Assembly: GCA_032718475.1 (NCBI GenBank)
Contig: JAUCBJ010002846.1
Coordinates: 1-64,000 of the forward strand
Reading direction: 5' to 3'
Length of the DNA: 64,000 bases
Source of the DNA: Nemertoderma westbladi
Lineage: Eukaryota > Animalia > Xenacoelomorpha
Shown: positions 37,101 through 49,504 of the stretch, piece by piece
Layout: the number at the start of each line of letters is the position of its first letter
Numbering within the stretch: the stretch's first letter is position 1
Program-made: the position numbers and the translations under genes
Notes under the pieces: model-generated
The model's database searches: none
Told to the model about the DNA's origin: nothing
Seen by the model: only the letters and a program-made list of their open reading frames with translations

Positions 37101-38143
37101 CCCATCGGTGCTGTGTTTCCTTCCTGTCAGACACTATTAACCAACCAGACCCCATCGGTGCTGTGTTTCCTTCCTGTCAGACACTATTAACCAACCAGAC
37201 CCCATCGGTGGTGTGTTTCCTTCCTGTCAGACACTATTAACTAACCAGACCCCATCGGTGGTGTGTTTCCTTCCTGTCAGACACTATTAACCAACCAGAC
37301 CCCATCGGTGGTGTGTTTCCTTCCTGTCAGACACTATTAACCAACCAGACCCCATCGGTGCTGTGTTTCCTTCCTGTCAGACACTATTAACCAACCAGAC
37401 CCCATCGGTGCTGTGTTTCCTTCCTGTCAGACACTATTAACCAACCAGACCCCATCGGTGGTGTGTTTCCTTCCTGTCAGACACTATTAACCAACCAGAC
37501 CCCATTGGTGGTGTGTTTCCTTCCTGTCAGACACTATTAACCAACCAGACCCCATCGGTGGTGTGTTTCCTTCATGTCAGACACTATTAACCAACCAGAC
37601 ACTATTAACCAACCAGACCCCATCGGTGGTGTGTTTCCTTCATGTCAGACACTATTAACCAACCAGACACTATTAACCAACCAGACCCCATCGGTGGTGT
37701 GTTTCCTTCATGTCAGACACTATTAACCAACCAGACACTATTAACCAACCAGACCCCATCGGTGGTGTGTTTCCTTCATGTCAGACACTATTAACCAACC
37801 AGACACTATTAACCAACCAGACCCCATCGGTGGTGTGTTTCCTTCCTGTCAGACACTATTAACCAACCAGACCCCATCAGTGGTGTGTTTCCTTCCTGTC
37901 AGACACTATTAACCAACCAGACATTATTAACCAACCAGACCCCATCGGTGCTGTGTTTCCTTCCTGTCAGACACTATTAACCAACCAGACCCCATCGGTG
38001 CTGTGTTTCCTTCCTGTCAGACACTATTAACCAACTAGACCCCATTGGTGGTGTGTTTCCTTCCTGTCAGACACTATTAACTAACCAGACACTATTAACC
38101 AACCAGACCCCATCGGTGGTGTGTTTCCTTCCTGTCAGACACT

Positions 38144-40628
38144 ATTTATTTATTTATTTATGCCAGGCAAAGAACACCCATATCACATTGATTTAAACAA
38201 CAGACATAATGATTAACAAATTATAATAATATAGCTAGGTATGGTGGGGTGGGGCCCCGAGCAGGGAAGCACAAACTGCAATGAATAAAGAAAATCAATA
38301 CAAAACAAAACAAAATAAACAAAATAACAAAACAAAACAAAATAAACGATTTGGACCTCCTAATGGCTGTCCAAGGAACACCGACCAATCAGACGGCTTG
38401 TCTGGAACGTCACCATGGCCACACTCTGCACAATACTATTCTGAGACGAGTTCACGCGATGCAACAGTGATACCCGCGCATTGTGAAGGACATGAATGAG
38501 TTTCGGCAGATTTAATGCACCACACATGTATGATACACTAGAGTCATACCGAAATCCAAACAATTTTCTAATTATATTGTTGTAGGCCACCCTAAACTTG
38601 TTGTACGTTGCAATGGAGTAATTACTTCGAGCCCACAACGAGCTGCAATAAACTTGCGTACAAAATGAGCGAAAAAGTTTCACTTTAACGTCCCGAGAAC
38701 TGTAGCTGAATTTACGAATGAGGAAATTACCCCTACGATATAAACTCGATAGCTGATTTAGAATGTCATAATTGTCATCGGTGGTAGAGTGAAATATATG
38801 ACCTAAGTACTTAAATTTTGTAACTGTCTCAATAGCCTTACCATTTATCGATATATATTTAACTAAATCGTTGTTACTAGATTTCGGTATGTATCGCATA
38901 AACTTAGATTTCTTCATATTAATCACAATAGAGTGCCTGTCGGCATAACTCGTGAAAGTGTCAATCAACTTATTTAAACCAGCTATCGAGTTTGATGCTA
39001 AAGATAAGTCATCAGCATACAAAAGATGATTTGATCTCTTATTATTTAATTTACAACCTACGTTTGTATTAGTTAACTCTACACTTAAGTCGTCCATATA
39101 TATAGCATAGAAGTAGGCCGATAAAATACCCCCTTGTTTCGTGCCGTTAGTGACTGCAAACGAGTTAGATATACAACCCCCCCATCGTATACTAAGAACT
39201 TGAAACCGGTACCAATATCGAACTATCCTAATGTAAAACAGAGGAATGTTACGTTTAATTAATTTATCAAATAACTTGTAATGGTTAACCAGATCGAAAG
39301 CCTTTGAGGAATCTATGAAACATATGTACACCGCACTGTCATTTTCTAAATAGTATTGTATGGTTTCTTTTAAAGCGAAAACGCATAATTCAGTACCTAA
39401 ATTACTTTTAAATCCAAACTGAGAGTCTGTAGTATTCAGTTTAGAACTGAAACGTTCAAGCATAACTAGCTCCAAAACTTTGCTACTTATAGTTGCAAGG
39501 GCTATGCCTCTATAATTATCAAAATGTGTGATATCATCATTTTTGTCCTTCACGATGGGCAAAATATTGCATAGCATGAACTCGTCATTCATATGACCAT
39601 GAACATTGAAAGTACTGTACAGAGCCGCCAGGCGGCGGAACAGACGCGCGGTGCCATGGATATAGTGTTCGCTGGACAGACCATCAGGTCCAATTTTTCC
39701 GGGAGACAACCTACCTACAGCAACAGCTACCTCAACATCAGAAACCAACATATCATTGCTAAACTCAATATTACTGAAAATAGATTCAATGTCGTGCTTG
39801 CCGGAGTCATCATTTACTTTATTGTATAAGTTTTTGAATCTTTCCTTAAAGGCGTCACATATATATTTTTCGCCCACAGCATCGCCAACTTTACTGGACA
39901 GCGGTACGTGTGCACTGCAGTGCTTTTTAACATTAGCCCAAAAGTCATTTTGATTACTCGAATATAATGACTCCGCAAGTTTATCAGCGCGTATACCATT
40001 AGCATTGCGCTTACACTGTTTAAGTGCGCGTTTAAATTCTAACTTGGACTGATAATAATCAAAAAGAATAGGACCTGCTCGGGGACACCCGTTAGTACGC
40101 CAAATTCTAAAAAATAATCTTGACCTATCATACAATGATTTAACATAATCATTCCATCCCGGGACAGCATTAAACCTTCTGGAGTTCACTGAACCTTTCT
40201 TTTTCGGAATAGTGCGCTCAGAGGCTAGATGCAATGCACCAACAATATCACAGTATAAATTGTTTATTGCACTTAAGTGATCAGGATTAGTACATTGAGC
40301 ATCTGCACAGTTAGATACAGTATCAGGGACTACAATTGTATTTAAGAGACTGTTCAAGACTGATTGATATTCATTGATATTAGTTGCATTGGCTTTATTC
40401 CAATCGCATTTGTTACCTGCACACGTTCTATTACTAGTATTACTATGAATATTAGGTTCAGGGGCCACCAAGAAATCAAAGTAACAGGTAAAGGGCATGT
40501 GGTCAGTAATGCTTAAATCGTAATTAATTGTAACATTACTTAGCAATGGAGAGACACTGCCAGAGCATACAATGTGGTCTAACCACGAACACGAATTGTG
40601 AGCAGCGCTATTGACCTCCTCTATTGAG
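38144..40628 (-). mobile_element. 5'-truncated non-LTR retrotransposon (probably RTE-X-like), copy 2, uninterrupted
   Basis: Same tail, TSD and 5' truncation point as copy 1; begins in the APE C-terminus (SWLDHIVCS...ITDHMP). Confidence 0.93.
38360..40546 (-). CDS. LINE ORF2 (end of APE domain plus complete RT), truncated copy 2
   Basis: 728-aa open frame with TDH and YADD motifs. Confidence 0.92.
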   Translation of the reverse strand: MLSNVTINYDLSITDHMPFTCYFDFLVAPEPNIHSNTSNRTCAGNKCDWNKANATNINEYQSVLNSLLNTIVVPDTVSNCADAQCTNPDHLSAINNLYCDIVGALHLASERTIPKKKGSVNSRRFNAVPGWNDYVKSLYDRSRLFFRIWRTNGCPRAGPILFDYYQSKLEFKRALKQCKRNANGIRADKLAESLYSSNQNDFWANVKKHCSAHVPLSSKVGDAVGEKYICDAFKERFKNLYNKVNDDSGKHDIESIFSNIEFSNDMLVSDVEVAVAVGRLSPGKIGPDGLSSEHYIHGTARLFRRLAALYSTFNVHGHMNDEFMLCNILPIVKDKNDDITHFDNYRGIALATISSKVLELVMLERFSSKLNTTDSQFGFKSNLGTELCVFALKETIQYYLENDSAVYICFIDSSKAFDLVNHYKLFDKLIKRNIPLFYIRIVRYWYRFQVLSIRWGGCISNSFAVTNGTKQGGILSAYFYAIYMDDLSVELTNTNVGCKLNNKRSNHLLYADDLSLASNSIAGLNKLIDTFTSYADRHSIVINMKKSKFMRYIPKSSNNDLVKYISINGKAIETVTKFKYLGHIFHSTTDDNYDILNQLSSLYRRGNFLIRKFSYSSRDVKVKLFRSFCTQVYCSSLWARSNYSIATYNKFRVAYNNIIRKLFGFRYDSSVSYMCGALNLPKLIHVLHNARVSLLHRVNSSQNSIVQSVAMVTFQTSRLIGRCSLDSH

Positions 40629-43615
40629 TGTCAGACACTATTAACCAACCAGACCCCATCGGTGGTGTGTTTCCTTCCTGTCAGACACTATTAACCAACC
40701 AGACCCCATCGGTGGTGTGTTTCCTTCCTGTCAGACACTATTAACCAACCAGACCCCATCGGTGGTGTGTTTCCTTCCTGTCAGACACTATTAACCAACC
40801 AGACCCCATCGGTGCTGTGTTTCCTTCCTGTCAGACACTATTAACCAACCAGACCCCATCGGTGCTGTGTTTCCTTCCTGTCAGACACTATTAACCAACC
40901 AGACCCCATCGGTGGTGTGTTTCCTTCCTGTCAGACACTATTAACCAACTAGACACTATTAACCAACCAGACCCCATCGGTGGTGTGTTTCCTTCCCCTG
41001 TCAGACACTATTAACCAACTAGACACTATTAACCAACCAGACCCCATCGGTGGTGTGTTTCCTTCCTGTCAGACACTATTAACCAACCAGACCCCATCGG
41101 TGGTGTGTTTCCTTCCTGTCAGACACTATTAACCAACCAGACCCCATCGGTGCTGTGTTTCCTTCCTGTCAGACAATATTAACCAACCAGACCCCATCGG
41201 TGCTGTGTTTCCTTCCTGTCAGACACTATTAACCAACCAGACCCTATCGGTGCTGTGTTTCCTTCCTGTCAGACACTATTAACCAACCAGACCCCATCGG
41301 TGCTGTGTTTCCTTCCTGTCAGACACTATTAACCAACCAGACCCCATCGGTGCTGTGTTTCCTTCCTGTCAGACACTATTAACCAACCAGACCCCATCGG
41401 TGGTGTGTTTCCTTCCTGTCAGACACTATTAACCAACCAGACCCCATCGGTGGTGTGTTTCCTTCCTGTCAGACACTATTAACCAACCAGACCCCATCGG
41501 TGATGTGTTTCCTACCTGTCAGACACTATTAACCAACCAGACCCCATCGGTGCTGTCAGACACTATTAACCAACCAGACCCCATCGGTGGTGTGTTTCCT
41601 TCCTGTCAGACACTATTAACCAACCAGACCCCATCGGTGGTGTGTTTCCTTCCTGTCAGACACTATTAACCAACCAGACCCCATCGGTGGTGTGTTTCCT
41701 TCCTGTCAGACACTATTAACCAACCAGACACTATTAACCAACCAGACCCCATCGGTGGTGTGTTTTCTTCCTGTCAGACACTATTAACCAACCAGACCCC
41801 ATCGGTGGTGTGTTTCCTTCCTGTCAGACACTATTAACCAACCAGACCCCATCGGTGGTGTGTTTCCTTCCTGTCAGACACTATTAACCAACTAGACCCC
41901 ATTGGTGGTGTGTTTCCTTCCTGTCAGACACTATTAACCAACTAGACCCCATCGGTGGTGTGTTTCCTTCCTGTCATACACTATTAACCAACCAGACACT
42001 ATTAACCAACCAGACCCCATCGGTGGTGTGTTTCCTTCCTGTCAGACACTATTAACCAACTAGACCCCATCGGTGGTGTGTTTCCTTCCTGTCAGACACT
42101 ATTAACCAACCAGACCCCATCGGTGGTGTGTTTCCTTCCTGTCAGACACTATTAACCAACCAGACCCCATCGGTGGTGTGTTTCCTTCCTGTCAGACACT
42201 ATTAACCAACCAGACCCCATCGGTGCTGTGTTTCCTTCCTGTCAGACACGATTAACCAACCAGACCCCATCGGTGGTGTGTTTCCTTCCTGTCAGACACT
42301 ATTAACCAACCAGACCCCATCGGTGGTGTGTTTCCTTCCTGTCAGACACTATTAACTAACCAGACCCCATCGGTGGTGTGTTTCCTTCCTGTCAGACACT
42401 ATTAACCAACCAGACCCCATCGGTGGTGTGTTTCCTTCCTGTCAGACACTATTAACCAACCAGACCCCATCGGTGCTGTGTTTCCTTCCTGTCAGACACT
42501 ATTAACCAACCAGACCCCATCGGTGCTGTGTTTCCTTCCTGTCAGACACTATTAACCAACCAGACCCCATCGGTGGTGTGTTTCCTTCCTGTCAGACACT
42601 ATTAACCAACCAGACCCCATTGGTGGTGTGTTTCCTTCCTGTCAGACACTATTAACCAACCAGACCCCATCGGTGGTGTGTTTCCTTCATGTCAGACACT
42701 ATTAACCAACCAGACACTATTAACCAACCAGACCCCATCGGTGGTGTGTTTCCTTCATGTCAGACACTATTAACCAACCAGACACTATTAACCAACCAGA
42801 CCCCATCGGTGGTGTGTTTCCTTCATGTCAGACACTATTAACCAACCAGACACTATTAACCAACCAGACCCCATCGGTGGTGTGTTTCCTTCCTGTCAGA
42901 CACTATTAACCAACCAGACCCCATCAGTGGTGTGTTTCCTTCCTGTCAGACACTATTAACCAACCAGACATTATTAACCAACCAGACCCCATCGGTGCTG
43001 TGTTTCCTTCCTGTCAGACACTATTAACCAACCAGACCCCATCGGTGCTGTGTTTCCTTCCTGTCAGACACTATTAACCAACCAGACCCCATCGGTGGTG
43101 TGTTTCCTTCCTGTCAGACACTATTAACCAACTAGACCCCATACAGGTAATTTTGCGCGGGAGGTTTGAACTTTGAAGGCGATTTTCTCTGGATGACAAT
43201 TTTTCGCACGAAAAATACTTGAAAAATATCTGCCATCTCTTAACCGTCTTTTGCAATTTTTGCTTTATGGTTGTTTTCAAAAGCTTCGATAAATTTCTTA
43301 ATAAACTTTTCTTAATTAATAATATTTGGCCCCATTTTTTGAATGGAAAATTACAAAAAAACAAAAAATCATGGTGTTTTTCAGTATTTAAAAAATTTTG
43401 AATTTTTTTTACAATATTGAATTGCACTTTGTCTTTTTCCTTTTGAATAATATCTGTTGTGACTTACGGCCTTTTTTACATCGATTATTTCGTGAACTGG
43501 AGTTGGTACGGTGTTCACGTTTATACCATTAGATAAAGCGCATTTTTTAGACCCAGAAAAAATGTAAAAGTCAATTTTTGAAAAATGCGACTTACGGTCT
43601 TTTCACATTACACTG

Positions 43616-43838
43616 CAGAATAGTCGTTATCCCTATTTGGAATTGGCTAGTCTCCGATCAGAATAGTCGTTATCCCTATTTGGAATTGGCTAGTCTCCGA
43701 TCAGAATAGTCGTTATCCCTATTTGGAATTGGCTAGTCTCCCATCAGAATAGTCGTTATCCCTATTTGGAACTGGCTAGTCTCCCATCAGAATAGTCGTT
43801 ATCCCTATTTGGAACTGGCTAGTCTTCCATCAGAATAG
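43616..43838. repeat. 43-bp tandem repeat, ~5 copies (CAGAATAGTCGTTATCCCTATTTGGAATTGGCTAGTCTCCGAT)
   Basis: Visible period of 43. Confidence 0.92.
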
Positions 43839-45078
43839 GTAGTGCATCGAATCAATGTGATTATCTCTTGATTTGGACAAGGCTAGGTTGTTCTTTCTAA
43901 TTATCCATGCATAAACCAGTAAACTAGGCTATATTTTACATATTGCAGTGAAATCGGTTCCGATTTTATAATAAGTTGACCCATGGAATACTGGAATACT
44001 TGGAATACTTGAATGGAATGGAATACTTGACCCATGGTATATTTAGTATTCCATGGTTGACCACATCTTACTACACAGTCAGACAGTAGAGTAGGAACAT
44101 AGTTACTTATCAGTAATCAATGTCAGCCTGTATATTAATTAGCCTCTTAGATCGGAGTCGTAATACCAACTCTCGGCGTCTCCTGCCCTGGCCGCACCAG
44201 AGGAGACGATGCACGATTGATCATATAAGTTCAGCTGTTGGCTAACTAATGCACTACTGAGAGTAATATTTACAGCCAATAAAATGCCAAACAGTTTCAA
44301 CATATGACTGGGAAATATAAGAGCATTGAATCTTGCAGTTGCCTTGAGCAAAGTCTTGGGTCGGAAATCCTCAGTGGAAGTTTCTACTTTAGTCAGACCC
44401 ATCGATGATAGAAAACCAGAACAAATAGCTACCAGAGCAAAGGGGAATGCAGTGGCCGATATAGCTGTTACGCCGGGAGCCATTATCCTGTAATGGCGGG
44501 GATGGTGACTGCTGCAGCGGGGGTAGGCGCGTAGCATTGGGGTCGTTATGAACGCATGCCAACCCACCCCGGTCCATATAGCTGGTAGAAGGGTGATAAC
44601 GGTCAGCACTGGAAACAGGAGCGGCCCCTTGGGCTGAATCACCCTGGTCACCGGGAAGAGAGTTAGCGGTCCAGGAGCCATCGCCGCCATCGCCACAACA
44701 GTTTCCGTGTTCTGGAATATAAACCGCTGCTGCGGCTGTAAATTGGTGCGTATGGCGCGGAAACCGTTCTTAGTTTTTCGACTACTGAAGGTTTCGCTGA
44801 AGTGGGCAAAGCTGGCACCCATTACTGTCTTCTAGAGTTCTATTGAATCTACTGATAGTACAAAACAAAGTTCAATTGTCGTTTGGAGTTTATAGCTACA
44901 TTAAGAGTCAGTAGGATACCGGTACAACAACAACTGCGGTACCGGTACCAGTAGTATGGTAAGTGATACAGTTACATACTGAGGGTCAGTTTACTCTGTG
45001 GTGAATTCAAATTTCCCGTGTGACAAGATAATGGTAGACTTTCAGGTTACAGGAGGGACGCTGTGCTGATGGCCCAAT

Positions 45079-45730
45079 CAGGGCATGATTAAGGGACGGT
45101 GGGGCCCTGGGCAGTCACCAATTTGGGGGCCCCTTGGAGAGGGGCCCAAAACGAGTCAATTTCTTAGTGGAAACGCTCGTATAACTTAATGCATTGTCAG
45201 TGAGTTGCCATTGCCAAAAATTTTCTGAACCTTTGCCCTAGTTTTTTCATAAGAAATTTCGTTGAATACATTGACAAAAAAACAGGCGTATATTGTTAAA
45301 AAAAATAACGATATACTGTACACCTGATGAACGGTTCCAATGGAACCTGAAAGCTTGCAACATTTTAACTTATCTTCATTAGACTAAGACTGTGACTTCG
45401 TTATTTTATTAAATGTCGTTGAAAATTGGTTTAATAATAGCGGCGGAATGGGCATTTAAAAATGGCACAGACAGGACGACAGACCACTCACTATATGCTA
45501 CGGCTCACCTATTAGTATAAAGTATATTGTGAATGTAAGCACAACAAAGATCTTACAACAAGATCTTGACAGGAGAAGATCTACAACAAGATCTGTAACA
45601 AGATGACAAGGGGGCCCCTTCGGGTCTTAACAACTTCGGGCCGACTTAACAAGGGGGCCCCTTCGGGGCCCCCTTGTTAAGTCGGGGCCCTGGGCAATTG
45701 CCTAAAAAGCCATGCCTTAATCAGGGCCTG
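45079..45730. mobile_element. hAT-type MITE
   Basis: Imperfect TIRs CAGGGCATGATTAAGG / CCTTAATCAGGGCCTG, 8-bp TSD GGCCCAAT/GGCCCAAC, subterminal GGGGCCC motifs. Confidence 0.8.
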
Positions 45731-46239
45731 GGCCCAACCCCTAACATACAGTAGTTGCTATTGCTATTAACGGCTTTCTGGAAAAAAAATGCCGGAAATC
45801 CCGCTTCCGCAAAATTAATTAGGTTATGACCTAGAGTTACAATTTCAATTAGGGTTAACCAAACCTAACCCTCAACTTGCCCATGTCATATCCCCCCCCC
45901 CCCCCCTCCCCCTCATGATAGAACTCCCGGCCCCCCACCCCTCTGAAACGTACTATTGGTTGCATTGTTTGCACCCTTTGCTGATATTGTTATACAATAC
46001 GTTTACTGTAGGCAAATTTCCAATTGGGGTGTCGTTTCAGCCTTCGCATAGGGTTAGAAAAGCCTGCTATTACAATATAATTAGTATTATTGTAAGAAAA
46101 TAATAAGTTTAATTCGGAGTATAAAATATTAATTGTCAAGCAGTATACCCTTTCATCTGTTCATAGTATTATTGTAATAATGCGTCTGCTGCCCTGCCCC
46201 CTGGGTCCCTGACGTATGCCCCTCTAATATTCTCGGTAT

Positions 46240-46520
46240 CTATCGGTATCTGTCGGGTCTTGAGTCAGTCGACCATCTATTTACTCTCTCCTCCAGCAGT
46301 ACTCGCGGCCATTCCCTAAAACTCCAGAAACCACGTGCGAGATTACTCCAACGGAACTCTACCTTCCACTTCCGGGTCATTGACCCATGGAATGCACTGA
46401 CCGATAATATAGTCACCTCACCCTCGCTAAACACCTTCAAATCCAGGCTGAACACTCATTATAAACATTTACCCCTGAAATTCACCCCCTCGTGGTGGAA
46501 CCTCACATAATCCACTTATT
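46240..46520 (+). mobile_element. CR1-clade LINE 3'-end fragment
   Basis: Translates TRGHSLKLQKPRAR...FRVIDPWNALTDNIVTSPSLNTFKSRL, the typical CR1 ORF2 C-terminus. Confidence 0.8.
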
Positions 46521-47125
46521 ACCTGCATTAATAATCACCAACTTTTATTCATCACATTAACGTTGTTTTATCTATCATATATTTTAAAATTTTTAATTAC
46601 AATACCAACTTTCATTCGTTGTTTTATCATATATTTTTAAATTTTCAATTACAGCACCAACTATGTTCTATCATATATTTTTAAATTTATAATTACAACA
46701 CCAACTTTCATTCGTTGTTTTATCATATATTTTTTATATTTTTAATTAATTTTATTTCATTTTTTAACAAACCTTTTATACAAACGAGGTTTTAAATAAT
46801 CTCTATGAATTCAAAGATATGTTATACCTATTATATGTAAAACCTTTTAGTGTAATCTACTGATCCTCCAATTTTTATTCAACATATAATTATTTTACTT
46901 AGAGGTTAAACTTTTTTTTTAACTATTATTCGCGAACTAGTAGTTTTAACCAGATTTTAACCATTACATATGCTATTTTAAATATAATTTATGTAGTTCT
47001 AACATAACTTATTTACATATATCAACGTACTTAGATTTATTTTGTATTATTGTTCGATTGTTGATTTTACTTGTACAGGTTCAACAAGCTTAGGCTTTCT
47101 AATACCTTAAACATTAAACATTAAA

Positions 47126-47574
47126 CAATATTCCTGCCCCCCTGGTGGTACCCCTTCCTAGTACGGCCCCCCGGTCAGCCCCCTCTAATATTCCCACCCC
47201 ACAGGCAGCCCCCTCTATAGTCACTGCCCCCTGGTTGGCCCCCTCTATTATCCCCACCCCACAGGCAGCCCCATCTATAGGCACTGCCCCCTGGTCGGCC
47301 CCCTCTAATATCCCCACCCCACAGGCAGCCCCCTCTATAGGCACTGCCCCCTGGTCGGCCCCCTCTAATATCCCCACCCCACAGGCAGCCCCCTCTATAG
47401 GCACTGCCCCCTGGTCTGCCCCCTCTAATATCCCCACCCCACAGACAGCCCCCTCTATAGGCACTGCCCCCTGGTCGGCCCCCTCTAATATCCCCACCCC
47501 ACAGGCAGCCCCCTCTATAGGCACTGCCCCCTGGTCGGCCCCCTCTAATATTCCCACCCCACAGGCAGCCCTGG
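47126..47574. repeat. 60-bp C-rich minisatellite, ~7 copies
   Basis: Consecutive 60-base lines are near-identical. Confidence 0.92.
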
Positions 47575-49110
47575 ATCTAAGTTCACCCAGTTCTAAGTTT
47601 ACCGGTTCTAAGTTAACCGCGCTTCTAAGTTACCAGGATCTAAGTTTACCCGGTTCTAAGTTTACCCGGTTCTAAGTTCATTGGAATCTAAGTTCGGCAG
47701 GATGTAAGTTCACCAGCATCTAAGTTCACCCGGTTCTAAGTTTACCCGGTTACCCGGTTCTAAGTTTACCCAGTTCTAAGTTCGCCAGGATCTAAGTTTA
47801 CCTGGTTCTAAGTTTACCCGGTTCTAAGTTTACCAGTATCTAAGTTTACCCGGTTCTAAGTTTACCCGGTTCTAAGTTCACCAGGATCTAAGTTTACCCA
47901 GTTCTAAGTTTACCCGGTTCTAAGTTCACTGGGTTCTAAGTTCAGCAGGATCTAAGTTCACTAGCATCTAAGTTCACCAGGTTCTAAGTTTACCCGGTTA
48001 CCCGGTTCTAAGTTTACCCAGTTCTAAGTTTACCCGGTTCTAAGTTTACCCAGTTCTAAGTTCGCCAGGATCTAAGTTTACCCGGTTCTAAGTTTACCCG
48101 GTTCTAAGTTTACCAGGATCAAAGTTTACCCGGTTCTAAGTTTACCCGGTTCTAAGTTCACCAGGATCTAAGTTTACCCAGTTCTAAGTTTACCCGGTTC
48201 TAAGTTCACTGGGTTCTAAGTTCAGCAGGATCTAAGTTCACTAGCATCTAAGTTCACCCAGTTCTAAGTTCACCCGGTTCTAAGTTTACCCAGTTACCCG
48301 GTTCTAAGTTTACCCAGTTCTAAGTTCACCAGGATCTAAGTTAACCCGGTTCTAAGTTTACCCGGTTCTAAGTTTACCCGGTTCTAAGTTTACCCGGTTC
48401 TAAGTTTACCCAGTTACCCGGTTCTAAGTTCACCCGGTTCTAAGTTCACCAGGTTCTAAGTTTACCCGATTCTAAGTTCACCCGGTTCTAAGTTCACCAG
48501 GTTCTAAGTTTACCCGGTTCTAAGTTTACCCAGTTACCCGGTTCTAAGTTCACCAGGATCTATGTTTACTGGGATCTAAGTTCACCAGGATCTAAGTTTA
48601 CCAGGTTCCAAGTTTACCCAGTTCTAAGTTTACCCAGTTCTAAGTTTACCCGGTTCTAAGTTTATCCGGTTCTAAGTTTTCCCGGTTCTAAGTTTACCCG
48701 ATTCTAAGTTTACCCGGCTCTAAGTTCACCAGGATCTAAGTTTACTGGGATCTAAGTTTACCCGGTTCTAAGTTTACCCGGTTCTAAGTTTACCCGGTTC
48801 TAAGTTTACCCGGTTCTAAGTTTACCCGGTTCTAAGTTCACCAGGATCTAAGTTTACCCGATTCTAAGTTCACCCGGTTCTAAGTTTACCCGGTTCTAAG
48901 TTTACCCGGTTCTAAGTTTACCCGGTTCTAAGTTCACCAGGATCTAAGTTTACCCGATTCTAAGTTCACCCGGTTCTAAGTTTACCCAGTTACCCGGTTC
49001 TAAGTTTACCCGGTTCTAAGTTCACCAGGTTCTACATTTACCCGGTTCTAAGTTTACCCGTTTCTAAGTTTGCCAGAATCTACAGATCTAAGATTGCCTA
49101 GGTTATGAGT
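47575..49110. repeat. 16-bp tandem repeat (GTTCTAAGTTTACCCG) with variants
   Basis: Visible period of 16. Confidence 0.93.
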
Positions 49111-49132
49111 TTGCCGTGGTTTAGTACAGTCT

Positions 49133-49451
49133 AGGTCGTTGCTTGTGGTATTAGGTATTAAATGTAGCTCCTTCTTCATCTCTGTATAAAACTATTGTTT
49201 CTAAGGTATTGATTATTGTAAGTGATTACGAAATAATTAAATAGGCCTATTAAATATAAAGCCAAAAATAAACAGATACGCCCGGGATCGAACTCGAGTC
49301 TACTGTATGTTAGTAAGTAATATGCGAAGTATCCATTCCACTAATCGGCAAGAATGGAAACATGGGCACAATAAGGAACGTCGGAACGAGCTGTGTTTAA
49401 CGTCTCCTAGACCTGATGACAAGTTGACTATATTTAACCTAGCAACGACCT
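49133..49451. mobile_element. Possible short MITE with 11-bp TIRs (AGGTCGTTGCT) containing a minus-strand tRNA-like A/B box
   Basis: AGGTCGTTGCT ... AGCAACGACCT; reverse complement of 49279-49349 has TAGTGGAATGG and GAGTTCGATCCC. Confidence 0.45.
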
Positions 49452-49504
49452 TACCTATTCCATAGTGTGTTTGTGTAAAATTGTTATTATTTTTATTGGT
49501 TTAG

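Larger units (their letters stand above)
20914..43142. repeat. 50-bp satellite (GGTGGTGTGTTTCCTTCCTGTCAGACACTATTAACCAACCAGACCCCATC) with 18-bp sub-repeat expansions, in three blocks: 20914-28793, 34274-38146, 40629-43142
   Basis: 50-bp period directly visible; interrupted by two LINE copies. Confidence 0.97.

Noticed and set aside
28791-40628. Site-specific LINE targeting the satellite twice independently
   Set aside because: Identical 5' truncation, tail, TSD and shared flanking satellite variants indicate a single insertion later duplicated
47114-47675. Pro/Ser-rich mucin-like ORF and its antisense ORF
   Set aside because: Arise from a 60-bp minisatellite; the nearby acceptor-like site at ~47078 hits stops in all three frames before the repeat
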